In this document: piece after piece, positions 24,838 through 37,942 of the stretch
Layout: each line of letters opens with the position of its first letter
How positions within the stretch are numbered: the stretch's first letter is position 1
DNA from: Felis catus
Taxonomy: Eukaryota
Assembly: GCF_018350175.1 (NCBI RefSeq)
Contig: NC_058368.1
Span: forward strand, 68,574,001-68,638,000
Direction: 5' to 3'
Length of the DNA: 64,000 bases
Translations under genes and position numbers: made by a program
The notes under the pieces: generated by a model
What the model was told of the DNA's origin: nothing
Databases searched by the model: none
What the model saw: the letters and a program-made list of their open reading frames with translations, nothing else

Positions 24838-25140
24838 GAGAGACACATATATATATTTCCATTTCGATGGAATGAGTAAGGTGGCTTTATAGGTTTTTCC
24901 TTCTCTCGACTGTTTTTATGGTATTGAAATCGTCTGTTTAAAAGCAATGGCTGCTAGAATCATCATGGCTTAGTCTCTTTGGAAAAGTAACTCTTTGATA
25001 ACTTTAATTTTTAATAGTTATTATTTTCCCAGGTTTTCTATTTTTTGTCATTATTGTAATAATTTATATTTTCTATAAAAGTGAGCTACTATCAAGATTT
25101 TCAACTCTACCAGCATTATTTTATTTCAATTCTAATTTAA
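24290..25140 (-). mobile_element. old L1ME remnant
   Basis: gtccatttctccttgtagttgtatc...gtgcatacaagattaaaattgttac. Confidence 0.5.
24796..24832. repeat. (TG)n
   Basis: direct. Confidence 0.95.
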
Positions 25141-25324
25141 ACACTTTAAAACTTCTCCTTAGTTTAATTTCTTTGGGTTTTTTTGTTTGCTTTGTTTTTG
25201 GGTTTTTTTTTTTTTTTTTTTGCATTTGTTTGTTTGTTTTTTGCCTAGCTAAAGAGAGCCAATGGTTTATTACTTTGATTGGCGCCTTTATTCTCTTATA
25301 AATAAATAAATAGATAGTTTCCGC

Positions 25325-25728
25325 TTTTTAAAAACTTTTTTATTTAAATTCCCGTTAGTTAACATACAGTATAATATTAATTTCAGGCATACAATATAGG
25401 GATTTGACAATTCTGTATAACACCTGTGCTCTGCGCAACAAGAGCACTCCTTAATCCCCATCACCTGTTTAACCCATTTCTCCACCCACCTCCCCTTTGG
25501 TGACCATCAGTTTGTTCTCTACAGTGAAGAGTCTGTGTCTTGTTTTGCCTCTCTCTCTTTTTTCACCTTTGCTCATTTATTTTGTTTCTTCAAGTCCACA
25601 TATGAGTGAAATCATACGGTATTTGTCTTTCTCTGACTTCTTTCACTTAGCATTTTACTCTCTAGCTCCATCCATGTCATTGCAAATGGCAAGATTTCAT
25701 TCTCTTTTATGGCTGAGAATATTCCGTT

Positions 25729-25771
<43 letters not shown>

Positions 25772-26325
25772 CGCGCCACATCTTCCTTATCCTTCCATCA
25801 GTTGATGGACACTTGGGCTGTTTCCATAATTTGGCTATTGTAGATAATGCTGCTATAAACATCAGGGTGCATGCATTCCTTTGGATTAGTATTTTTGTAT
25901 TCTTCGGGCAAATACCAAGTAGTGCAATTGCTGGATCATAGAGTAGTTTATTTTTAACTTTTTGTGGAACCCCCATTGTGTTTTCCAGAGCGGCTGCACT
26001 AGTTTGCATTTCCAACAGTGTAGGAGGGTTCCCCTTTCTCTGAATCCTTGCCAACATGTGTTGTTTCTTGTGTTGTTGACCTTAGCTATTCTGACAGATG
26101 TGCAAGTTCTTTATATATTTTGGATATATATTTGGATATTTTGGATATAAACCCTTTATCGGATATGTCATTGGCAAATATCTTCTCCCATTCTATAGGC
26201 TGCCTTTTAGTTTTGTTGCTTGTTTCCTTTGCTGTGCAGAAGGTTTTTAGTGCAGTCCCAATAGTTTGTTTTTGCTTTTGTTTCCCTTGCCTCAGGAGAC
26301 ATATCGAGAAAGAAGTTGCTACAGC
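25325..26325 (-). mobile_element. carnivore L1 (L1_Carn type) 3' end, 5'-truncated, internal deletion near 26100
   Basis: carnivore L1 3'UTR; minus ORF LLYDPAIALLGICPK..MFIAALSTIAKLWKQPKCPS is the ORF2 C-terminus. Confidence 0.92.
25731..25776. repeat. (TG)n(CG)n
   Basis: alternating purine-pyrimidine tract. Confidence 0.9.
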
Positions 26326-26654
26326 CTACGCTAAAATTAAATTTTATAAAACACATTTTATTAGTAATATATCTTTATGTTTCATTTAAAAAATACAAGA
26401 TGCATAGAGAAAAAGTTAATACTCTTCTTTCCATTCTGCCCTTTACTGCCCTGAGATAATGCTAACAGCCTGGCATTATATTTCAACTCTTTTCTGCATG
26501 CTTGTGTAAGCACAAACACACATATACATAGGAGGGTTTTGTTTTTTGTTTTTTGTTTTTACAAGAAGGGGATACACTACACATATCACTCTTTGACTTT
26601 CAGTTTTCAATATTTAGGTATATTGAACACCCTTTCACATTAATAAGCTTTGTT

Positions 26655-26889
26655 TGGGCTTGAGGTATAGTGCTATTGGCCAAGTTCAATGTCAGTGAAT
26701 CAATACTATACATTAAATAAGGTGTCTTTAAACAGAAACACACATAAAATATGGGTATGTATTAATCCGTTGACAAAAATGTGACCAGAGGCTCACAGGA
26801 ACCTAACCTTCTATTTCTCCTAGGAGCAATGATTAGTGTTCACAGTGAGTTTATAAAACGTAACTCCCATGAAAACAAAGACCCACTGT
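26655..26889. mobile_element. TcMar-Tigger MITE fragment (subfamily uncertain)
   Basis: aaataaggtgtctttaaacagaaacacacataaaa...gaccagaggctcacaggaacctaacc...ctaggagcaatg. Confidence 0.75.
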
Positions 26890-26991
26890 GTTTCAGACAA
26901 GTGCAGATTTTGAGAACAAATGCTTGGCAGTCAAACCCTTTTAACACACAAAACAGATAAAATAAGGTCTGGCTAGTTACTTTATTCAAAA

Positions 26992-27059
<68 letters not shown>
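26992..27059. repeat. (CT)n(CA)n compound microsatellite
   Basis: direct. Confidence 0.95.
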
Positions 27060-27061
<2 letters not shown>

Positions 27062-28619
27062 CAACTGCTAACCAAATTGGTGTTTTAATATTAGCTAAGA
27101 ACCAACATTGTTTCTGTCCTATTGGACCCATGCTAGAAGGAGAGGTCTGGGCTACCAGAGGCATATTTCCAGTTGAAGCTGTGAGGGCAGTTTTCTTAGA
27201 CTCTGTAAATTGTTCAAGATATCTTTTTAGATGTCTTTTTTTTCTGCAAATAGTCATCCAAGGTGGATCTATTTAATGAATTATTCTTTCCATTTTATTG
27301 ATGCTAAAATTAAAGCACAAATAATCAGAAAGGATATTTTGAGATCTCTTGAACAGGCTATACATACATATATATGCAATAATCCAGCAAGTCAACAAAG
27401 ACCTAAAATGATCACTTTTGGAGTAGGGAGAGGATACTTATCCGTGGTGTCATGAACATTGGAGTAATAGTCATTATTAAGAATCTGGCCCCGAAGTCCT
27501 GTGCTTTCTTTTGAATGCATGTTTTTATTAGGTAAGGCAGCATTTAATGGGACACAGGAAAAAATAAGAGCATTTCATTATTTCTTCAAAATATAAATAC
27601 AGCTGTCACTGTGTATGAGCTGAGAAGCATCCCCGTGCTCTCACCGCCAGTCAGTTCAAAATGCGGGTGCTCTCATCTAAATTATACTAATAGTGACTTA
27701 AAAGATTCTGTGGATAGCTTTTCAAACATAAACACAGGCTAGGTTTTGGGTTTGTTTTTATGTTTAGACTTTTCCTCTCTGCTGTTATAAGAATCAGATT
27801 CTCATTTAGATACATCAGACATACAGCGTGCGCTGACTATGAATAACAGAAGACAAGAATTTAATTAAGACTATGTTGATGATCCTCCAGGATCCAGGCC
27901 CAGCCCTGAATCCCCTTACCACCCTATCAACTCTTCCAGTTGCTTTCACCTCCCACCCCCCTACTCTGTTTGCCTCCTATCACCCAATTCCCAAGGACTC
28001 TCTGGGTTCCCCTTGTCCTTATCTTATCTGGAACATCTTCCTTCTAAATCCCATTTATTTCCTAGAACATCCCAAGAACCAATTGAAAATGTTTTCTCCC
28101 TTTCTTGACTTCTAACTTGTATCTGTAATTCATCCTATATTTTCAAAAGTAACATTTCCCTTTATGTGCATGTTTATTTAATATACCTATGTAATCACCT
28201 ATGTAAGTTCTGCCTGCCAGTCAGAGTGCTCGAAAGAGCCTTCTTGTCACTTTTTTCTTCTGTTTTCATTAGCATTGAAACACAATATGTTTTCAACTCT
28301 TTCCTGTGTGAAATATGGTAAGAATTGCATTTCTTAAGGGCTCTAACTAAAAAATCAAGTGTGAGAGAATTAGGCTAAGAATTAGGCACCTAATTAGGTG
28401 CAGGTGCATTTTCCAGGAGAAGGTTGAGAATGAAACAAAGGCAAAGAAGAACTTTACTTAAATTATTTGAAAATAATAATGATGTGGTTCCTTTTATAAC
28501 CATCTCTCCCCATTCTCCTACTTTTACCCTACACAGTCGCCAAACTGCACATTTCCGCAAATACGGTTTCTTCCCTCTGTGCCTTCTCATGGTCTTGGAC
28601 CTTTACATAGTCTGTTGTG

Positions 28620-28785
28620 CTATGTTCGAATCCCTGCTGCACTACTTAAGAGCTAAGCGACCTTGAATGTGTTACTTAACCTGTCCACAGTCCCATTTCC
28701 TTGTCTGACATACAGCGATGATCATGGTACCTGTAGCACAACATTTCTGGAACTCTCTGGTGACATTAATCATGCAAAGTACCCC
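28620..28785 (+). mobile_element. MIR
   Basis: gttcgaatccc...gaccttg...gttacttaacct. Confidence 0.7.
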
Positions 28786-29083
28786 CACCTCTGCCATCCT
28801 TTAAAGCAGGATTTATCAAACCGTACAGTATTTACCAAACGGTAGATAGTCATTGGGTTGTGAAATAAACTTTATGGGTTCCAATCATGATTTCTGGTTA
28901 AATGAAAACAAATATAGTATAGCAGAGTAGGGTAGAATATAGCAGAGTATTTTGGCTCATTATAAGGGAAAATATTGCTTTGCAAAATTTTTATTTCATG
29001 TATATGAATATGTGTACTATCCTGTGACATAAAATGTATTTCTTCTGGGAAAAACAGTTTGAAAAACACTTTTACCATCAGTT

Positions 29084-29283
29084 TATTTTTTAATGTTTAT
29101 TTATTTTGAGAGAGAGAAAGTGCAGGCAGGTGAGGGAAGGGCAGAGAGAGAGGGAGAGAGAGACTCTCAGGCAGGCTCCGTGCTGCCAGCACAGAGCCCA
29201 ACTCAGGGCTCGAACCATGAGATCATGACCTGAGCCGAAATCAGGAGTCAGACACTCAACCGACTGAGCCCCCCAGGAGCCCC
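29084..29283 (-). mobile_element. Can-SINE
   Basis: TSD ttttaccatcRgttt. Confidence 0.92.
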
Positions 29284-29842
29284 ATTTTTACCATCGGTTT
29301 GCATGTCATTCAAGAAACCTTTCCAGATGATGTGGCCCAGAACTCTCTTCCTTTGATCTTCTTGGCCTGGAAGTCACATTCTATATATTAGCGGAATTGC
29401 TACCGTATCTAATTTTTACAACATGTTCCGAATCTCTTTGAGCATCTAAAACAGGCCTTGTTTATCTCTGCATACTTAGCAGGGCTCTTAGCATATTTGT
29501 TTGCACATTATTAATACTAAATATATGTTTTGTTAATAAATGGCTAGGTTTTACCCATATTTAATCCTGGAGGTGACACGTTGACAAAGGAAGCCTGGAA
29601 GAGAAACTAGAAACAAATATTCAGGAATTTAACTTTAACCCATGTCTATTTTATTTGTTTTAATGAGGAATATGCCCTCCTTTGTAAATATTTCCAAACT
29701 TCTTGAAGGGGGATTGTGTTATTAGATAAGGCATTTCCCTCTCTAATCCGTATAGGACAGGACTTCTTAAACTGAATGTAATGGGTGACTTTTAGGAGTC
29801 CATTAGTTCTCTGAAATTGTATATAAAATCTGTTATGTGCAT

Positions 29843-29851
29843 GTACACACG

Positions 29852-29892
<41 letters not shown>
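29843..29892. repeat. (CG)n(CA)n
   Basis: direct. Confidence 0.93.
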
Positions 29893-29896
<4 letters not shown>

Positions 29897-32499
29897 CCTG
29901 GAGTGTGAGAGTACAAAACTTTTTATTTCTCAAGGCGGTGTTCTGCGATCCAAGAAACCACAAATACAAGTCTGTGATCCATCCCTGTCAGTGAAGAAGA
30001 ATTTCCCAACTATCTGCATTTTCCCTTAGCCTCAACCCACTTTCCTTTTATCTTAGAAAACATCCAGCTAGGGTTAATGATCCAGATTCTGTCCCGGGTC
30101 CAAAGGGCACCCTCTGCTATTACATTAGGTACAGAGGGAGGCAGTGGGACTCTTTCAGGCCATTAGGAAATCATTTAGTCACTGATGTCCTGTGTCCTGC
30201 TCCCTTTAGTAATCTCTTACTGGCTCTCTGCAGCAATAAATCACCTGTTTGCTCAGCATCTCGACAGTTCTCGGAAGATGTGACCATCATGCCTATTCGC
30301 CTTCCTCTGGCGTTACAGAAACCTGATGGGTGTTGCACAGTGCCACTAACATTCAGTTTGCTTTTGGCCTTTCAGTTTGATAAGGGACGAGCTCAAGGAA
30401 GCCACTGCAATTAATGGTTACTTGGGACCTCCCACATAGTGGGCTCCCCAGGCAGGGGAGCAAGGGTAGCTGGGCTCAGAACAATTTGGAGATTAAGGTA
30501 TCCAGTGTTTAAGTGGAATTTAATGTCTGCACGTTTGCTTGCAGCCATGCCTTCTGATGTCCCCCTGCCGATGGCACCTCTTCAAGCACATTCCCCAGAA
30601 TAAGTAGGAATGCCCGGGGAGCCATCAGGGGAAGGTAAACACTGTGGATGTTTAAACAGCCACTGCCCTTCACCTTGAAGCTCATTCTCTCTCCTTCATA
30701 CTAATTCCCACCATTAAAACTGACCTTGCTTTCCAGAAATGAGATGCCAGGACCCTGGGGAACCTGATTTAAGGTTTAGAAACCAGGTAAAGATTTCCAG
30801 TCAGCCAAGGAGTAGTACAAACAAGTTACCCTCTGATCTTTCTGGGCAAAGTGCGCCACCCCTGTGAGGCAACGTGGTGATTGCATTTCAGTGCTTCTCC
30901 AAAGCCGCCCTTTCTGTCCTACAAGCAATCAGCTCCAAGGACAGTGGTCCAGGTTGGATGCTAGTTCAAGAAGGCTGGCCTCTCCCAGCAGCAATTACCT
31001 GGAGGGAGGGAAGCATCATTCTGGTAGGTTCAAGAAATAGTTGATTCTTGATTTTTTTTTCTCCCATGTGGAATCTAAAAGCCTGAAACATTAATCTCTT
31101 CAAATGCAACTCCCCCTCTGCCTTAATTGGGCACTTATCTTATGGGCAAACAGCTTAGTGGTGAAATCAAATCACTTAAAAGGTGACTCTTTTTGGAGGA
31201 CGGCATCTTAGGCCAGTAGCGATCTCCATTATCCATTATCCACTTAAAGTGCAGTTTTCTGTTCTTGGCTGAGTTTCCATTTTTCCCCACTTCCCATTAT
31301 ACTTCATGCTGCTTGGCTTTCTGCAACAGCAGCCACGGCACATCCCTCCTTCCATTCACAAGAACTTCCTTGCTACTGGGCAGGCAGGATATTAATTCTT
31401 CACATGTCCTGATGAATTGAAAGCACATGGGTGGAGGCCGTTGTGGATTCCACTTCACCAACAGTCAGTTTCCAAAGGAGCGTCTGCTGATTTTTCATAC
31501 AAATGGGAAAGGGGGTTTAAAATCCCCACCGCTATTCTCAGCCCTCAGCAGCAAGGAGTCTGTCTCGTCTCTCATCTCTCTTATTGGCGATGGCCATTCT
31601 CATCAGTGACCACAGGGCTCCTTGTGCTGTGCGCTGATTAAACTTCCCCCTGACCTAGAGATATCAGTGAGATGTGCAGATACCTGTTGTCCCTGTTTTC
31701 CAGCTCTTGGTAGGCCTGTTTTTGCTCTTTGTAGAGGTGGTGACAACCAATGCTTGACTTCAGGAGATGTGCATTCCTCTATCACCACTGCCCTGTTAGC
31801 CTCTGGGCCTGCGTTGGCAGAGTGAAGAGGAGCCCAGAGCCTTGGGCTCCTACCTCCCATTCTGCCCCTTCTGCACCCTCAGCCTTACAGAGTAAGGGAC
31901 AGCCTCGGGCCTAGTCCCATCGTGCATCGGATCCACTGCTCCTCTTTATTCAGAGCACCACAGGAGCCCAAAGACTTCCATGTCCTTCTTCAACACTGGA
32001 CCCCCGTCCCCGTGAGGCCCTCTGTCTGACCCCATCACAGACCCCCTCACTGTGCCCTCTGAACAGACCGCTCAGTAGCAGAGGCCATTGTGTCCTCAAG
32101 CTCTTGTCCTAAGGAGATGCAATTTGGTCTCCCCTGAGGATGATGCATTCCTGGCAGCCCCCCGCTGGCTGGCGGTTGCCTCCCTCTCAGCCCGCCAGGT
32201 CCTGGGCCTGCGCTTTCAGAACACCCTCCCCCTTCGTCTTTAAGGCACATGTGTACTCCTCCACCAAGCCCTCCACCTGGATGGTTTCCTTGTGCAGTGA
32301 CGCCAGGGCCCTCCTCTTTCACAGAAAAGGCCCAGTGGTCAAGCTCTGCAATAGTCCCTGGGGAATGAACATGCTGACCTTCCCAGCCCTCTGCTGCCTC
32401 AGCTCTCTGGCTTCCTCTTCGCCAGTGACCCTGCCCTCCACCCCCTCCCAGCCCTCCACCCCCATAGCTGTACCCCGCACCTTCCCATTACTACATGCC

Positions 32500-33790
32500 C
32501 CGTCTCTTCCCAACCTCAGTTTCTCCACCCCACTTCCAGACCTCCACGTCTTGTCATTTGCCAGATCCCTCCCTCATGCCCCCCAACTCAAGAACTTATC
32601 CCATCCCACCAGGATTTGCCATCCATGGAGCCTCCGACCTTTCCACTCCCCCTGCCTAGCCATGGCGGCTCCATCCTCCTTGTACAGCTTCACCTGCAAG
32701 CCCATTATGTACGCTTTCCACAAACCCATAGCTCAATCTCTCCCCCTTTGCCGTGGTCCTTTGGGAAAGCCCAGCCCCTGGATTAATCCAGCTCCCTGCC
32801 TTCTCCTCACCCGCTCAGAACCATCTGGCTGCAACTGGAGGAAAACATAAAACCATGTTGTCATGCCACTCTCTCTTCACGACGCTAACCTTGAGCATGC
32901 CCTCAGGCCTCCCACCTACCTTTAGTTCACTCTTCTGGTCTCCTAGCCTACTACTGTTGTGCATCTTTTCTTTCTCCAAGCCTGTGCTATCTTTGCTCCA
33001 TCCTCACCCCTGTCGGATAATCCTCCTTCCTGTTTCACTGCAAAGTAAATGGTAGAGGAATTGCATGTGTCCTCTGTCACCTGGCCTGAAGCTTTGCCTT
33101 GTCGTCTGCCTTTCCTCCTATTCCTATTCCAGGACATGCTCCCTCTTGGTTCTCCTGCTACTTCTCTCATCCTTTCTTCTTTGTTTCCTTTGCTTTGTTT
33201 CTCCTCACCTTCCAGAGCTCCGACCTTGGGGTGCCCCAGGGTTCTGTCCTCAACTCTTCTTTCCATACGCACCTGCTTGGTGATGACATGCAGTCCTGTG
33301 GCTTTAAAAACCTGTGCATCCTGTATCTTCAATCCGGACCCATTCCTGAATGTGAGGTTCCGGATGCAGCCGCGTGCTCAACATTACCATGGTGGATGTC
33401 CAATAAGCATTTCCCACCTTATAGTGTGCCATTGTATAAACATACCACACTTGATCTCCCCACTCTACTATCATTGGAACCTCCAGTTTTCTCAAGTTGG
33501 AAAGTTAGTAAGGCTGATCTTCCTACATTTTTTTACCCTCTTGGTAAATTGTAATACCATCCTTCTAATTTCTTAGGAAGAAACCCCAAGATCGTGAAAC
33601 TCCTGATTCATATCTCTCCTCCTAGCCACCCATTTTCAGTTTCTTGGAAGATCATCCTCTTACCATAAAAATATATCCCAAATGTGTCCATCCACTTCCT
33701 ACACATTGACTCCTGCTACGCAGCATTTGGATCAGTGCCTACCATGTGGACAGGGTTCCGTGACTGTGTGTTGAACACTGAATGCCTTGA
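32500..33790 (+). mobile_element. L2 ORF2 (reverse transcriptase) remnant
   Basis: KPSPWINP..WRKT and SWFSCYFS..GVPQGSVL..LGD..SCGF L2 RT motifs. Confidence 0.85.
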
Positions 33791-34117
33791 GACCACGTAG
33801 AAGGGGTAACTTATAATTTTATAGATTAGAAAACTTGTAATTTCATAAATTTTATATGACATCATCAGACCTTTCACAAAGGTGGTTGTGGATGCAGAGA
33901 TGAGAAGGCCAGGTGACGGGTTTTACTGTAGTAGAGACTTGTCTCCACAGCGATCTCATGCATGGCTGGCCTGCTTATTTGCACTCATTTCTCAGCAAAG
34001 CAAGAAGTTCATATTCTTGCCCACCCCCCTCTTGACATAATGTTTATTTTTTAATATAGTATATCATTTATTCAGATATACCAGCTTAGGCGGGCCAGGA
34101 GGAATTGTAGAAAATTA

Positions 34118-34330
34118 GGGGCCCCTGGGGGGCTCAGTCAGTTAAGCATCCAGCTCAGGTCATGATCTCACTGTTGATGAGTTGGAGTCACACATGAGGC
34201 TCCTCACTGCCGATGCAGAGCCTGCTTGGGATTCTGTCTCTCTCTCTCTCTTTCTCTCTCTCTCTGCCCCTTCACCACTCATGCGTGTGCTCTGTCTCTC
34301 AAAATAAATAAGTAAACTTAAAAAAAAAGA
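34118..34330 (+). mobile_element. Can-SINE
   Basis: TSD tagaaaatt. Confidence 0.9.
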
Positions 34331-34879
34331 ATCATAGAAAATTTGGAATGTGAAACCGTGTTTACAGAATTTCAATTTCCTTTGTTTTTGACAACCTATA
34401 GTAGTTCCACATATATATTTATTTGCTCATTCTTTACAACCCACTTCTTTCCACGCACTTGATCCTTCAAGATGATCGATCAAATGCTTAACAGCATTGA
34501 TATCTACAAAAGGTAGCTCTTGTGTGTTTTCAATGTCAGACTGGAACATATTTCAGTCTTATAGAACTGGTAATCACAAAAATGAGTTTTATTGCCCTGT
34601 TGGACATTGAACGATTTTGTCTCTAACCCAGAAAATTATTTCAATATGTTGTCTTTCCTGGTGGATTTTATAACCCTGGTTCCCCTAATTCTTGTTTGAA
34701 CCAGCTTTATGTTTTCACTTGTGTCCGCATTAATGAGTTACATAAATCTAAGTCGGGTGTTTGTTCTGTAATTTTATGACAGTCATGCTTTACAAGTAGT
34801 TTGTCTTGTGACCAAGCATATAGCATGCCTGGTTATATTGCCTTTGTTTATTTGTAAACATTCCTTATTGATGTACAGT

Positions 34880-35778
34880 GCAGAGCTGAGCTTTATGTAA
34901 ACGGAACCATACTGTTTTTTGTGTTTCTGGTTTATTATGCAACACCTTTCTGGGATGTATTCAGGTGTCGTGTGCCTTATTCCCCCAGTGAGTTATAGTA
35001 TTCCATTGTATGAACATACCACACTTGATCTACTCACTTTACTGTCATGGACTTTTGAGTTATTTCCAGTGTGGGATTAATATAAACATCATCGCTTTGA
35101 AGATTTTTGTAAATCTTCACATTTTTGTATATATGGAAGCATATGTAGGAGGGGAATTGCTGGGTTATAGGGTGCACCTGTGTTCCGCTTTACCAGATAC
35201 TGTTTGAAAGCATTGCATCAGTTTGTTCCCCCACACTATTCACGGTTTTACCAACACTTGGTGATGTCAGGTTGTTCAATTATTCTAGTCCTTCTGCTAG
35301 GTATATAGTTGTATCTTGTTTTAGATTTAGTTTGCATTTTCCTGATGACTAATGATGTTCAATAACTTTTAGTAGGCTTATTGGCCTTCTGGACATCGGC
35401 TTTTGGTGAGTTGCCTGTTCAAATCTTTTGTCCATGTTTTGTTTGCCTGTGCATTTCTTATCAGTACGTAGAACTGGTTTAAATATTTTGGATATGAGTT
35501 CCTTGTCACTGAAAATAATCATCTTCTCTTTGTTCTCGTCTGCCTTTTCACTCTCTGAATGGTGTCTTTAGATGGAGAGAAGTTTTCAATTGTTTGGTCT
35601 TTTCCTTTATGGTTAATGCTTTTTTGTGTCCTGTTAAGAAATGTTTGCCTATCTTAAGATCCCAAAGGTGTTCTACCATATTACCTTTTAGAAGCTTTAT
35701 TGTTTTATCTCTTACATGAAGTCAATCTTCAATCTATCTGAAATTGACTAATTGATTTTTGAGTGTAGTATATGTATG
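34880..35778 (-). mobile_element. L1ME 3'/ORF2 remnant
   Basis: tagtattccattgtatgaacataccac...tttgcattttcctgatgactaatgatgtt. Confidence 0.8.
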
Positions 35779-36249
35779 AGTTCAGTGTGTCTTCGATGAT
35801 ACTTTGGAGCATAGGGCATCTGAAGATGAAAGTCCTAAATATCACATGTACAAAGGCTATGCCAATAGATACAAAAGCATCTCCTCAATTTTGGGCAAAG
35901 CATCTATTAATTCGATGCCTTGGTATCATGTTAACCAACTAAATGAATGATATTTTCACATTTTAACTAAAATGGTTCGGTTGCATGTTTGGTTTTGGCA
36001 TTGTGAAAACATAGCAAAGGGACTGGACATGAAAGTCTACTTAGAAGAAGGGAGTGATCTTGAAATTGGCTTCTGGCCCAGAACTAATTACTCCCAAGAT
36101 ACACCTGTTAATAAAATTGGGCTTGATTTCCTTAGTCACCTCTTGTTATGATTATAAATTCATCATCTTCCTGGCAGGGGCTGAGTTGGATCTGTTAAGT
36201 TTTCTCTGGCTTTAATAGTCAACGACTATTGACTTCTCTGCAATTCCAG

Positions 36250-36340
36250 GCAAACCAACTGATAAGTATAAAAATCAGAATGTAAGTAGGTTTAAATGAC
36301 CTCAGGACACAACAGATAATTTTAGATTTGTGTGAAGAAG
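36250..36340 (+). pseudogene. decayed exon, N-terminal half of an IRS-type PTB domain
   Basis: acceptor ttctctgcaattccAG|, donor AAG|GTAAGA; KPTDKYKNQNV, frameshift, GLNDLRTQQIILDL resembles FRS2/3 PTKFKVTNV..GIMELTDTELIL (recalled). Confidence 0.5.
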
Positions 36341-36881
36341 GTAAGATAATTTTTTAAGGTACTTGTAGCGCTAAGAGTTGATGTGTAAGAATGATATCAA
36401 TATATACACTTACAGACATACAAAGATATTAACACATACAACACATTTTGTGTATATATATATATATAATAGATTATATATATGTATATGTATACATATA
36501 TGTATACACATACCTTAAGCATTTATTTATTAATATAAAAATTTCCGTGAAAGAATCAGGTTACTTCCTTATTTATTTAACCTAACCATTACTAAAGTAA
36601 CCTAACATTTCATAAACTCTAGAGAGCAACCATCTATAATTCTGTCACTGAGATAGAATTTTAGGGGTATTTCCTATTTATCTATTTATCATAGAATTTT
36701 AGGGGTATTTCGTATTAATTTTTTCAAAATCTCTAATGGAGAATCGTGTGTTAATAGAAAAAAAATGTCTATAAATACTTTTTTCTACCCGTTAGCAATT
36801 TTGCAAAAATTGAGAAGTAGCAGTGGGATGATTTGACTTAAAACGTATGTCATGAAACACACTAAAAGTTCCCTTTGGTAG

Positions 36882-37225
36882 TGTTTGAGGGTGACGGTGG
36901 AGCATCTCAGAAGATTTATGGTTATTCTCCAGAACAGTTGATACTGAGGCCAAGAACAAGTGATCTGACTGCCAATTGGGAGAGTCAGCACAGAGTCGTC
37001 GGATATGCCATCAACCAAGCAGAAAACAGTGTCTTCGGACAGGGGCCCCGAATAAAAGTCCTGACTGAAGGTGGCAACTCTTGGACCCAAGCAGCTTCTG
37101 GATTGGGCAGCTCATGCAACAATTCACAAGCAGCAGAGGTTTATTTAGTCAGTGGCTGTCAAGGCTTCTCCCGAGAGCCTAAGGTCTACACAGGGGGCTG
37201 GTTAGTTGTAGAATCATTGGATTAG
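36882..37225 (+). pseudogene. decayed exon, C-terminal half of IRS-type PTB plus tail (3' end uncertain)
   Basis: acceptor ttccctttggtAG|; TVEHLRR/YGYSPEQLIL/EA..CQLGE/HRVVGYAINQ across frameshifts vs LRRYGY..FSFESGRRCQTGQG. Confidence 0.5.
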
Positions 37226-37595
37226 TTAAAATATGACCAACACTCTATATTTTCATTCTTATTAGTTCCCTGTCCCCTCTCATCACTGAATCGCCCCAAT
37301 GGCACTCTTAATACCAGTTATTTATAAAATAAAGAGTCCTAAATATTTGGGAATAGACTTGGCATTAGTTTCTCCAGCCCCTGCCCCCATCCCTCTATTC
37401 TTGGTCCCAAAGTAGCCAATTTGGACAATGGGGGGCACTTGTTCCTAGGAAAGAAGTTACATGGCTTGTCCATGACTTCCCTTGCTTAGATTATGTCTGA
37501 ACCCCATTTTGCCCATTGTTAGGCTTAAAATTTTTGTGGGGAGTCTGCATCCATCTTGGGCTGGTAGCATCATAGGAATAAACAAGATATCTTTT

Positions 37596-37942
37596 TGTAT
37601 ATTAGGATTCCTCAGAGAAACAGAATATATATAATATGTATATACGTATACGCACACACAGGGGAGAAAGATATTTATTATAAAGTATTGACTCAGGGGG
37701 TGATGGGGGCTGAAGTGCCATCTGCAAGCTGAAGACCCAGGAAAACCAGTGGTAGTGCTCAAAGGAAGGTGTGAGAGCCAGAGAACCAATGGTGTAGATT
37801 TCAGTCCAGGTCTGAAGACCTGCGAACCCAGAATGCCAAGAGCAGGAGATCAATGTCCCAGCTCAACAGTCAGGAAACTTTCTTGTTCGTTTCTGTTCTA
37901 TTTAGGCCTTCACTGGATTGGATGATCTTGACCCACATTGGG
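37596..37942 (-). mobile_element. MLT2 (ERVL) LTR
   Basis: ggattcctcagagaaacagaa...tttattataaag...catctgcaagctgaagacccaggaaa. Confidence 0.85.

Noticed and set aside
32140..32850. 236-aa ORF, the longest in the window, and neighbouring ORFs at 33049/33099
   Set aside because: Pyrimidine-rich L2 remnant. The recognisable motifs (PWIN..WRKT, GVPQGSVL) are decayed L2 RT, not a host gene.
37030..37065. VFGQGPRIKVL resembling an Ig/TCR J-segment FGxG motif
   Set aside because: Lacks the conserved Thr, has no RSS upstream and no J cluster; coincidental.
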